Origin: Dimorphilus gyrociliatus | Lineage: Eukaryota; Animalia; Annelida | DNA: 64,000 nt | NCBI GenBank assembly: GCA_904063045.1 | Contig: CAJFCJ010000008.1 | Location: 1,302,001-1,366,000 of the forward strand | Direction: 5' to 3' | Shown here: in pieces, positions 52,191 to 64,000 of the stretch | How positions within the stretch are numbered: position 1 is the first letter of the stretch | How the letters are laid out: each line of letters begins with the position of its first letter | Translations under genes and position numbers: made by a program | Notes under the pieces: model-generated | Told to the model about the DNA's origin: nothing | The model's input: only the letters and a program-made list of their open reading frames with translations | Databases searched by the model: none

Positions 52191-55100
52191 TTATACAGTG
52201 GTTAGTTTATCTACTTCTTCATAGTCAATTTCTTCTTGACGATATCGACTGTCGCTTAGTTTATCTAGATTTTTATTTCTTCTTTGCCCAAAGTTTCGAC
52301 TTTTATTTGTTGCATAAGCAAATATATCTAAACATAGCTGCAAAACTTCGAAGATGGTCATAACTGATATTCCAATCCATAAACCTATTGAAAGATAAAA
52401 TCACAGTTATATCCAGGAAAACACGTATATAAAAGTACAATAAATGAGATTAAGCGTAACTATTCTAACTGGATTAGTAAAATTACTATACTTCCATTAA
52501 TTATTGTTTATGTTCTATATAAACAATAAAATATAGAGAATTCCATTTAGTATATCATTTACTATAAAAAATAATAAAAACTCTGAAAGAACAAAAATAA
52601 ATAAATATCTAATGGTATTTATATAAAGTAAGTTTGTACGTCATGGAAACACTTTTAAAAATAGATTTGTCAAGACTTTCTTAATTTATTCAACCATAAT
52701 AAGATTTACAACTTTACCAAGCTAATGTTAGAAATATCAAGAGAAAGGTGCCTAAAAGTAAGCTTATTGAATTATTTGAATTCAGAATAAAGTTAACTCT
52801 TTTTTCCTTTTATTTTTATTACAAGTTGGCTTTTTTCGATTCAATTGAATATTTCAGGCTGGAAAAATATAAGGCAATTAAAAAGCTGCAAATGCAGACT
52901 AACATTTCAAAGTACCTTGAGGAAAGAATACTTTCTTTCGAAAAAGAATAGATAAGAGCAGAGGAAAGAAAATTTCCTTTTTAAATAAATCGTAAAAGAA
53001 ATATTTGCGTCATATTTATAAAATAAAATTTTAATTGAATCATTTTTCTAGCAAACAAGAGCAAATTTCTTTTAATAATATGTTTTCAAATGAAAAAACA
53101 CATCTTGTTTACTTCAGCTGATGGTAAACCAGTATCTAAATAGAAACTGTCGTTTCGTCATGCGTGTTTGTCACCAGTAATATACCTCCTTAATTACAAC
53201 CAACTATTTCTTTCCATATAATATTCGGTTGATTTACTTACTACTAAATTCGATATAAGTCCATATATTTTTTTACATAAATAGCTTAGGTTATCAACTG
53301 TGAAAGCAATAAATGAAATATATTTTGCCTGATTGTAAATATTTTCTGTATCCTTTCTCCACGTATTGAGAAAAGTATATATCATTGTGATCCAAATAAC
53401 ATATTATGTCCTGTTTTGCATACAATCTTATTGTTTCCATTTTAGAAGAGAGTATACACCAATTTTGAGAGACTCTTTATTTCTCACCTAATTATTATTA
53501 CTCATAGAGAGCTTTAAAAGCTCTTTTTGTACATGTTCTTAAATTACTAATACTCCCTAAATTTACCTTATTTGCTTTTTGTCCCAGATTTGAGGTATTT
53601 TTTTTGTCAGCTGCTTATCATGGCTGCTAGTGTTTAACTAATTATGACTATATATTCAATTATTTATAATTATTTAACCATATGACGTGGGAAAATATGC
53701 TCTATAGTGTGAATAGGCTACATATATTTTCCTAGTATTCTTTCTGAGATATAGAATAGTTATGTTCTAAGGAAATTATGCAATAGATGTAACTTAAACC
53801 ATTAATGCGATATTGCATATAATTTAATTCAATAGGTATGCATTTAAAAAAGAGTTTTCAATATATACTAACCTAACTGACCTCCAATATCAGATATTAA
53901 TCGAATTGCTTCATAATCAGGAGATTCTACAGTTCTAATCACGTTTGAATCGGCAATGTAAATTGTAATCCTGGTAAAGTACTTATCGGCTACATACTTC
54001 AAATATTGTTCTGAAATTGTACGATTCTTTGAATCTTGCACACTTGAGTTAGCGTAAGCCGATACATCATCAACCTTGAGATGTTCTTCAACTTTTTCTT
54101 TTATAATTCTCTTCTTATCATAAGGTAATTTGGTGTTAATAAAATCATCAACTTTTGAAAAGAAGAGAGTATTGTCTGCTGATTTTGGTGGAAACATTGA
54201 TATAGAATAGCTGGCATCATAGAGGATGTCTGCACACGGGGGATAACATTGGCAAGAATCAATTGCGTCTGGATCCTGAAAATTTTAGTTCAATTGAAGT
54301 AAAGGAAAGAACGTTTGTTTCGTATCTTGTGCCCTACTACAACTAAAAGGAGGAACCAAAATGTACTCCTAAATTAAATTTAGCATTCTATAAAGAATAT
54401 ACAGTGTAAATTTATATATACAGTATATATTATTATACAATATATATATACTGTCTATGTGTGTTAATATATATTTGAATATATATATATATATATACAG
54501 AATAAATATAGCATAAAAGAATAATATTCACAACTTTATAAGGTTTATTACTCCTCATTTAACATTCTACAGGCGAAATCTTTAACAGTTGGCTTCTGAT
54601 TTCTGCTTTTTCTAGGTTTTCCTTAAAAAGTGGACTACACTATTTTTGTAGATATTTTTAATCTTAAAATTTAAAAGAAAAAATAGCTATACACCGAATT
54701 TGAAAATAGAATACAGCTAAAGATGATCATTAAACCAAATTTTTGTTACAACTATTGATTTTTTCGTAAACTAATTTAATAAGAATTCTTTTTAGCCCCT
54801 TAGAATTTACATAATTGCTGGAAAAAGCTTCTTAAAATGCTGTTTTAAGATAAAACTTAATGGTTCATTCTTTTAAATTTTTGGTTGTAGAAGAGCGTTT
54901 TTTCCTTTATAAACTTCATACGTACTTTTATAGTCATATTATGATAAACATCCGTTACGCACTGTAAACGACTATACCAAGAGTTTATTATCTCATGACA
55001 ATCGTCCTCAATTGTCATCATCTTAGCTATTGTTACATTGGAACAATGCGGCCTATTCAACCACTCAGAGGGAAGTTGATAGCAAAAGGGTAATTTAGAA

Positions 55101-58100
55101 GTATTGGAATGCGGTAGGCTATTATCAACGCACTCACATTTCTCCATTATCCTCTTTTGTATACATTCGTTTTGGCAGGATAAAAGTGTATATTTTTTAA
55201 TTCTTGCTGTCTCATCTGTACAATTACCCCATGGATGAGATATTCTAACATTTTCTCTAGCCTTAACTCCTATTCGCACAGTAAGGCCAGGCGAAGCATC
55301 GAAACCTTCAGCTTCTGGATGTGCAGTTGTTCCAGGAGCATGTACAACTACTCGTGCACCTGTCAAAGATAGATTTATATTAGTTTTGAAATATAGTGAC
55401 CCCAGTGGTAATATAGAATATGGAATGTTGTGTGTTTTAGTTGTTGGGAAGTTAAGTCATATTGACAGAAGTAAATAGAAATTGGTAATATTTGCCAGAG
55501 AGATATTATCAAATTCGGAAAAGCTAAATTATAGAGAGAAACCGTTAAGTATTGAAAAAGAGACCATTAAATGCTATTAACAGCGGGTTGTAGTTGTTAG
55601 AAAAACTAAACAAGCATCTTCAACAGCTCTGCTTAATGTATTTTTTATACACCCAATCACGTGAGATGTTTCGGAGAAGTACTTTTAGCCTAGCAAATTA
55701 TTTGATCATTTATATAATATCAGAATAAAAAATTCATTTCTAGAATTGAATGATTAATATGGGACCTTGTTTTTTAACTTTAAGGATAATAGAACGTTTA
55801 ATTCACATTAAGACTTATTTAACATCTTATTAACTTTATCAAGCACTGCCAAGCCCTGTTCTGTTAAAATAGGTCGAAACATAATCGCTTAATTTGCTTC
55901 TTAGTCGACCATTTAACAAATTAAACTTTTATTCCGGCCTGTCGAATTTAATTTCATTTACAAAATAAGCGAAAAGAATAGAATTTAAGCTACGGGCAAA
56001 CTTAAATAATTTTGAGACAAAAAACTTTGGTGTTATACATGTTTCACTTTCATCAAGCAATTATCTATTCTTAATGGATATTGCTATTAATTGTATATGG
56101 TCTCTACAACAGTAAAAAATTTATAACAAACGCCTTACTAATCAAGGGAAAGGAAAGAGAAAAGAAATTCTTAGAAATCTGTATATTTCGCGTGAAATAT
56201 ATACTAGAACAGCGCACAATTTATCAGAAACGGATGTTATTTGATCAACACAATTGGTATTTTGGTGAAAACGTGTCGTTACCCTATTTTTCCTTTTCGA
56301 CCATTTTTGACTATACAAATATATTTATTTAAGGAAGAGAAACAGAGGGAAATAATTCGGTTGTTAGTAATTTTAAACTTGTTGAAAAGAGAAAATAGAA
56401 AATAAAAGTTTACCGATCTTCTAGGAATAGAATACTATTATCAAATTTATTGTGGCACATATCATGGTCGTAGGAGAATAATCATATCATTAAATATTAA
56501 AATTCGTCAATAGTTTTATTTAAAGGAATATTAATACAATAAATTGAGTTGTAGGTGGGTGAATACAGAAATAAATACTATACTTGATGATGAACAAAAG
56601 AAAAGAGCCTCATTGCATACGTCTCAGGTTGCACTCATTTATGATAAATGAAGCTTTGCAGTTTTTTTATTGGTTTATTTTCTGTATGGAATCTATTGCA
56701 TCATCAATAGTTGAGCTCCAACTTTGATTATGCACAAACTATTCCTCTCTAAATGCACTATATTAGTTTGCATTACAATATACAGTATATATTAAACTAT
56801 TTATTATGCATTTTAAATCTTTAGCTACAGCATACTTTCTTATTTATATCATTGATTACTCATATTTGTTTTTAAAATTATTCTATAAAAATTGAATTTC
56901 GAAGTTCTTATATATCTAAATATGAAAGAAATACATTTCATTCAATTGATTACCGATAGTTCCTTTTTGTTAAAACATTTTCAGTTATTTTTTAGCACAT
57001 GTGGCCTTGTGCAGTATAATATAGAAGGTGCATAAATTATACACAGTAATTATAGTAAAAAACTATTCTACATAGAGATAATAAATAGTTTCATTAGTTA
57101 AATAGCATTGAGATGAAATTCAAACTCTCTATAAGATTCTGTACTTTTTCCGTTCAGATAAATGGTTACATAATCAAAGAGTAGCAACTAATTTTCACTA
57201 ATAATCAATAAACAAATATGTGATAAATGATATTCCAATAAGCTGTTACATTGTGATGTATATTCTGAAACAACTAATTTTTAATCGACTTGTGCGATTA
57301 GTCATTAATTACATGTATTTTATAGATATAACCTAAATTTAGTTGTTCATTCCTGTACAATGGGTTTATATCTATTAATTTGAAAAGTTATATATAGCAA
57401 ATTTCATCAGGGAATTATTATATTGTACAGTCAAAATAATCCTAAAGAAAAGGACAAGACAAAGAAAAGAGTTATTGTAATTATTATTTGGTTGAGTCAA
57501 CTAAATGACATTTGGAGGCTGAGATATTATTCATTATATTCGTCTTGGGTCCATCATCATAGGAAATATACGTTTTATACAAACAATATTTATATACAGT
57601 ATATACTGTATATATGTTTATACATATTGTGTATAAGCATCATCGTCATCAGGACCGTTTCCCTTATTCCCTCAACTTAATATTTGTAAACGTTTATTGC
57701 GAGCGACGCTAAGCCTAAACAAGCTTTAGGAAGATAAACGTTCTTTACCGACAAAATGTGTGCTGAAAAGTTTCATCCGGTCAGTTTGAAGGATAGTCGA
57801 AGCATTAACTAAAGTAAGAGTTTATTATACTCTAAATACCATGTTATTTCGAAAAATAAAAGAACTCTACTCGTTCGGCTTATTCTAGTGTTATACTGGG
57901 ACCTATTAAAGAATTTATTAATTAACGTAATTAAAAAAACTAATCTGAAAAGATGGAAAATTTAATTAGACTACTTTTCTAGTGTTTGAGCGTTATTGAT
58001 GCAAAATTATATATTATAATTGAATAATATTCTTATATAATATCTAATAATTAAAATTTATAAAACAATACAATATATAGTCAAAAGAATATCATATATT

Positions 58101-59927
58101 TCTGGAATGGTCATCAGAAAGTTTGGCTTGCTTTTTATATATTAATCTACCTCTTACAATCAACTTAAAATAATAATAATAATAATAGTAATGCGTTAGA
58201 ATCTAAAAAGTTTTCTTTTTTTAAGAGTGGGAAAATAATTGATTACAGATGGTTAAGTATTTATAATTACTTTTTCATAAATATTTACAATTGGATAATG
58301 TTTCTCTCTTCATTCTCTCCGCCCTTTTATATTACAATGGCTCTGTTAAAGTTTATATAATTTAATTACATATTCAATTGTCATTTATGTCAATATTGGC
58401 ATAAAATTATATAGACACTATATTAATTTACTAAATGGAGAAAAAATAGAAGCCGTATAGAGGCAATTAACTTCTTTTGGATCGGCCAAAAATCAACATG
58501 GGGGAATATAATTAAGGTAGCAGATCGTACTGGGATTTCATGGTATCATTCCAACTGACGTTTACATTTAGGACAAAAAGTATGTCTAAGAGATGTACGT
58601 CAACAATTTAGTTGAAATAGTGTTAGCAACTTGTATTATAAATATGATGAAAGAGAGTTTTGCAAACGAGGCCTCATTAGATACATATCTATCGAATAAG
58701 TACACTCTAGAACCAAACTAGAAAGTAATAAAACTAACCTGTAGTTCCAGATAACGGTGAATCTGTTTCTGTTATTCCTGGAGTTACATAATGGCTTGCG
58801 GCTTCCACAGTTCCCCCACTTCCCGTGAAAAGAAGGAGATTTAATCCTTGCTCAACACCATGTAATCTAGTAGCAGTATTCTCCATAATCCTTTCGGGTG
58901 CAAAAGTAAAACAGTTAAAGAATATTTCATTAAAATTTTTAACAAAGATGTGCTTAGCAATTTCATCGTTACAATCCCTATTCATAAAATTACAATGTAC
59001 AATAAATTCCTTCAGTTGAATACCAGCGGAGAAAATTACTTCTGAACCGATATTTGCTGCTAATCCCATCTTTGAATTGAGATACTTTAAATATTCGGTC
59101 CGCCTACGCTGTTGCTCTTCTAAATCTGTATCCAATCCGCCTGTGAAATTCATATCAGTTTCTTGTGGATATTCCTGAAAAGTAAAATTGTCCGGTTCAC
59201 CATACTGATAATCTTGTGGAGGAAAGGTGTCATTGCCGTCTATACGCCTGTCGATAAAGGTGGTAGTAAACATAAACTTAAAGACTTGCTCCTGATATTT
59301 AGTATATTTTTCAGCAAAATCAGATAAATAAGGAAATTTTGCAAAAGTTTCAGAATTATCTACGCCGTCTCGTAGGTTTTCAATTACATTAACGGCAATC
59401 ATATCAAGCGGTTTACAATTGCAGACAGTTACATGTGGAAATCTGACTGGTCTTTGTACTATTTCTACGTTAACTTTTTTAGGGTAAGAATAAAATCTAG
59501 CCAAAAGAATACCCGTTTGCCAGATAAACATGACAAAAGCTGCTAGACAGATAATAGACCAAAATATTTTTGCGGGAAGACTTTTTGCGTTTATAATTTT
59601 TGGAACACCGTGCATTGATGTTTCATCAGCAAACTCTTGAAAAACCCTATTAACAGCTCGTCGTCTACGGGTTGGTGTTGAGTTGTCATCGGAAGAGGCA
59701 TCGAAATGTCCGCCATTTGCCATACTTATAGGAAGAGAATTATACAGTGCTGTAGGCCTTTTAGCTCTTTGTCCTTGATTCATTCGTACATTCTTTTGCC
59801 TTTCCATCTTCCTAATGGATGGAACAGGATTGTAATGAGTCCTAGTAGGTTCTGGACCAGCTGCAGGCCTTCTTTGATGCGCTACAAACGCACAATCACC
59901 GAACATAACTCGACCAATTTCCAACAT
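52191..59927 (-). CDS. DEG/ENaC channel of the FaNaC (peptide-gated)-like clade, about 739 aa; exons 58739-59927, 54926-55359, 53873-54275, 52191-52384
   Basis: Pre-TM1 TSMHG motif, FPHVTVCN, FNCFTF, GARVVVH, Cys-rich thumb (CQNECIQKRIMEKCEC..CQCYPPC), and TM2 LISDIGGQLGLWIGISVMTIFEV, very close to the molluscan FaNaC TM2 as I recall it. Spliced frame is 2220 nt. The start Met is uncertain because there are several upstream in-frame ATGs. Confidence 0.9.
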
Positions 59928-61457
59928 CGTATCATTATTATAAAGAAACAAAACAGTTTTAATCCGAAAGTCTATTTAGAAAACAACGATATTTTTGTCT
60001 ACCGCAGAAGGCACATTTAATTTTTGTAAGCTCCACTCGCTTTGGCTGCAAAAACTGTTCTAAGCAACCACAATCAAGATGGCCGACTAAGTTTTTCTTT
60101 GCAGTTGCGCTCCACTATACATCTTTAACAAAAGTAACGCAGTAGTATATTCAAACAGACTTTAAACTTTTCTGCTTAATTACTATTCTTGAAGCAGGTG
60201 TTATACGCTTTGAAAATTTAATAAAGACTCTTAATTTTTATAAATAACGTCATCGAACACGTGTTATGATTCAGATGTGGTTTTTTATCACTTGTTTCCA
60301 TTTTTTTAATTATTCATTAATGATCATAAACAAAATTTCACTTTATACACATCCAAAATTACTGGAAAGTCTTATTGGTCGTTAAAGATGTCTATGTAAC
60401 AATTGTTTCTCCAGCGTAAACAAAGAAAACAAGTACCAATTCTAAAATGGGACACAAATCTAATGGTAATCTGGTTGACAGTTAATTATCCTTTTTGTAA
60501 TTTTTACGAATAATTAATCAAGAATAAATTGTAACAAGTATTAAAAACTAGAAGAGAGGTGATAAGGTAGAATATTACACAAGACGTATTAAACTTATAA
60601 ATTTGCAATCTAACCTCTCTTAAAATAAAATTAAACTGAACAGAATGCCTAAAAGACAGTTATCATTTGGAAAATAATGTCTATCACCTTATTGTTTAAC
60701 TTAGAGAGATAAAACTATTTAACAGCTAAAAGATTTTCAAACAATTAAACTTTACTAATTTAATTTATCTTTCCTTTACCCTCTTAAGGTTAAAACCAAA
60801 AAAGCCGTAGAGGTCTATTTCTATTAATGGCTTCTCCTAGCTTTACTGACGTCTTTGTGAGAGGTTAAAAGCTGTAGAGTGTCAATGAGTTAGCCTCCAA
60901 TACACAGTTCCGATTAATAATATTTTCCTTTTTATTTACAAAGATAGCTTGTCTAAAATTAAAATACACATCTATAAAATGTTTTATGACAACGAATTAC
61001 ATTCAAAGAATAAGCTAAAAAAAACGGCAAAGATGCAGTAAAAAGTGCACACTTTTGTAAAGGAAAACAATTCCTAATTATAAAGCACAGTTTGTTTAAA
61101 CAAAAAACACTTCTCTGAAGAATCTGTACACATGACGAGTAGTTGTAACGAAAGTAATCGAGTTTAGATTTCTAGTTCAAGTAAAAAACAAGTTCAGTAG
61201 AAAATGTAAAAAATAATAAAATAAAAAATTTCTTATGCTCCTATTTCAAGACTGTGCCAATTTTTAAATAATAATCTTTTGTTTGGAAAGTCAATACGTC
61301 TCTTTTTTTCAAGGAACATCCAATGTTTTACTTTCAAAGCAGGAAGTTGTAAAAGATATCTCACCTACCCTATAGAACATTAATATGTTTTTTTTTATAT
61401 ACGAAGCAGAAAATACCTCTAAAATTATGACCAAATAGTAATAAAATCCACGTATTT

Positions 61458-61469
61458 ACTTCCGGAAGT
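61458..61469. promoter_or_regulatory. Perfect palindromic double ETS-type site ACTTCCGGAAGT upstream of the DEG/ENaC gene
   Basis: 12-bp palindrome with the CCGGAAGT ETS consensus on both strands; function is unverified. Confidence 0.3.
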
Positions 61470-64000
61470 GGAACTTTGTGTTTGATTTTGTTAAGTAATG
61501 GAATAAAGAAATTTGCCCGTTTCGTAATAAAAATTGATTATTTCTACTTGGGATTAAAAGTTCTCATTCCCTCTTATTGATCAAAAAACAATAGAATAAG
61601 ATAAGGAAATCTGACCTTGAGTAAGAAGTAAATGATGTTAGAAAGAAAAAGACAGTTCTAGTAAAATGTTCGTCTTAAGAAAGGCGTCAAGTTTTTATTT
61701 CCGGAACATGTTTATAAATAAAAAACACTGCCACCTTGACATTGAAGGACGCCCTATATTTGCTTCATCCACAGCGATTTGATATTTCTTCTCTGAGTAA
61801 CATATTCCTAGAGTAGTTATCCTAACATGGACAAATGAATCCGGTTAGTTTGTTATTATACTTGAAATTTCTCTTTTCTGATTATTGTGAGCGATGCTAA
61901 AATGTAAATTTGATGATAAAAAATTGAGAAACATACTCTTATGGAACTTTGGGTAAAGGATTAAGTAGTTGAATTTATACTAGGTCTATTTCCGAAGGCA
62001 CTTTAGACCTTTTCCTGTTTTTATATCGTCGTACTTTACTTGCTGAATACAATTAGCTTCGTCAACTTTTCTTAATGATGTCTCTTGAAGGCAAATATTT
62101 TAAAGAAAGTACACGTACATTGTAGTCAATGTAATAACATATGCAGTTTGATGGATAAATAAATGTTATTATCGACGAATAAAGCTAAAGCGTAAAAAGG
62201 CGAAGGTCTAATGGGAATCATGATTAATGACCGACTTTCACATTAACCGCTTTAGATGTATTGTCCTTGAGAAAATATAGTTTTCGCTATATAAAATGAA
62301 ATTATAATAAATAGTAAAAAAGAAAAAGAATAACAGAAAATTCTTCATAGCTTTCATATTTTCGATCTATTATTGTTAAAAATTTAATAAAAAATGGCAT
62401 GTTTTCCGCAAAGATGTTTTTCGCCTTCTTCCTAAATGAAGTAAAATTTCTCAAAATAGATTCTTAAAACTATTTTAAAAGTAATAAACTTACTAAAAGA
62501 GTATACTCTTTTTTATTATTTATGCACTGGTTTGTTTTAAAGATTTAGTAAGGGCAATGGACTGCAATCTGTCCAGTAAAATAGCTAAAAAAACATCTAT
62601 GCCTTATAGTTTTTGAATGTTTACTATATCATGTCATAGAATTATTATTTTATTTTACACTTTTCATTTCTTCCCTTGATGGAATTTTGATAACCGGAAA
62701 TCATAATAATGTCTACAATGATGATAAATAGTAAAAGGAAATTTATATAGTATAAATTTATATATATATACAATATATACAGTATATATATACTATAGAT
62801 GCTATTAAAATAAACTATTTTAAACTTATTCATATAATATTCTACGTGAACTATACCTTCTTTTTCTTTTAGCATGTTGAGAACTATGTTTTGTTGGCAA
62901 AATCATAATTATACTCTGAATTTGGGAATTTAGACTATTTTTTCCCCCTTTGAAAATTGTGTTTCGCTAATCCCAGAAGTCTTTTAATATTCCGCTCCAT
63001 AAAATATCGTACCTTCTTAGTAAAAAGAGGAAGGCGTTAGTGTTTTTTATATCTTTCTGCTTGATTCATGTTCTCAACTATTTTGAGTAAGTTTAGAGGC
63101 TCCGTTTAAATACATCTATAAAAGTGTTATTAATTGTCAAACATATACAGTATATATATAATATTGTATGTAAAAATAATGATATTCGGAAGGAAAAGTA
63201 AGATGTATAAGATGTCAAACTAAACGTAATGATAGCCTCTGTGAATATTTCTTATCCCATAAATCCTTTATACAAATACAAAATGAATATAAGGCAAGCA
63301 AAAATGATTTTCAATAGTTGTGGGTAATAATTTCATACAAAAATGGTATGTATTCATAAAATTTTTATTTTTATATATGAGTATATATCGTATGTATATA
63401 TATATGTTAGTATATGCAGTATATATATATATATATAAATATAATTTATGAACTAGCTCACAGAGTATAAAGATATATAAAGCTAATATATAATTATATT
63501 AATATTTTATTTAATTTCTATGTTTATATCAATCTAAGAGCACATTTGTTTAAGACTTTAATTAATAAACGCCAACATCTTTTCTTTGATTAATTAGAGA
63601 TATATAAAAGTCTCTTCTTTGTTTCTGTTTTTATAGGAATCCCTTTTTCCTGTAATTGTATGCTTCCATTGTAGAATTTGACGTTCCGGGAAAACTATTT
63701 TTTATGAGAATATGGAAACAAATCGAAAAAAAAATTAACATGGGATTACAGATATATATAGCATATATATATATATAGTATATACATTTATATTAATAAT
63801 GTATTATGACTTTCAGATTTTATATTATCTTATATATATATATATATATATATATATTCTGTATATTTGCATTAGTATACTCCTGAGAAAAAACAATCTG
63901 AGGAATGTTTTGCTTGATTGCTGTCTATTCAACAAAAATTTATTGACAAAATTCGATAAATTATTTTACTTCAAAAGATTCTGCTATGACAACGAAAAAT

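Noticed and set aside
53194-53420. Candidate TM2 exon of the DEG/ENaC gene
   Set aside because: The phase-1 frame after the acceptor stops quickly and lacks GLWIGIS; the real exon is 52191-52384.
59706-60020. 104-aa plus-strand ORF
   Set aside because: Antisense to exon 1 of the DEG/ENaC gene; no independent signature.
1-64000. CRISPR arrays, rRNA/tRNA genes, intact transposase or reverse-transcriptase ORFs
   Set aside because: None was recognised by eye. No regular repeat-spacer array and no transposase or RT motifs appear in the ORF track. A tRNAscan or Infernal run would be needed to exclude small RNAs.

Overview
AT-rich (roughly 25-30% GC by eye) animal genomic DNA, most likely a lophotrochozoan with a compact genome: many introns of 52-120 nt are mixed with a few multi-kb introns (taxon is inference only). 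Ten protein-coding genes were rebuilt by hand from splice signals and reading-frame continuity: 3' part of a leucokinin-receptor-like GPCR (+), collagen-C1q protein (-), neuropeptide-type class A GPCR (+), intronless Mab-21/cGAS-like protein (+), secreted/GPI-type protein with four tandem Ly6/three-finger (quiver-like) domains (-), small orphan type I membrane protein (+), Sulfotransfer_2 carbohydrate sulfotransferase (+), CRAL-TRIO protein (+), claudin/PMP22-like tetraspan (-) and FaNaC-like DEG/ENaC channel (-). No rRNA, tRNA, CRISPR array or intact transposon was recognised. Most notable: (1) about 23 copies of ATAC(A/T)GTAT, often in TA runs, matching the canonical Tc1/mariner excision footprint; (2) the 4x Ly6 gene with dibasic linkers, a conserved 11th Cys and a dead fifth exon, lying head-to-head with an orphan membrane protein that has an ITIM-like motif; (3) a cGAS-like probable pseudo-enzyme starting only 127 nt after a GPCR stop codon.
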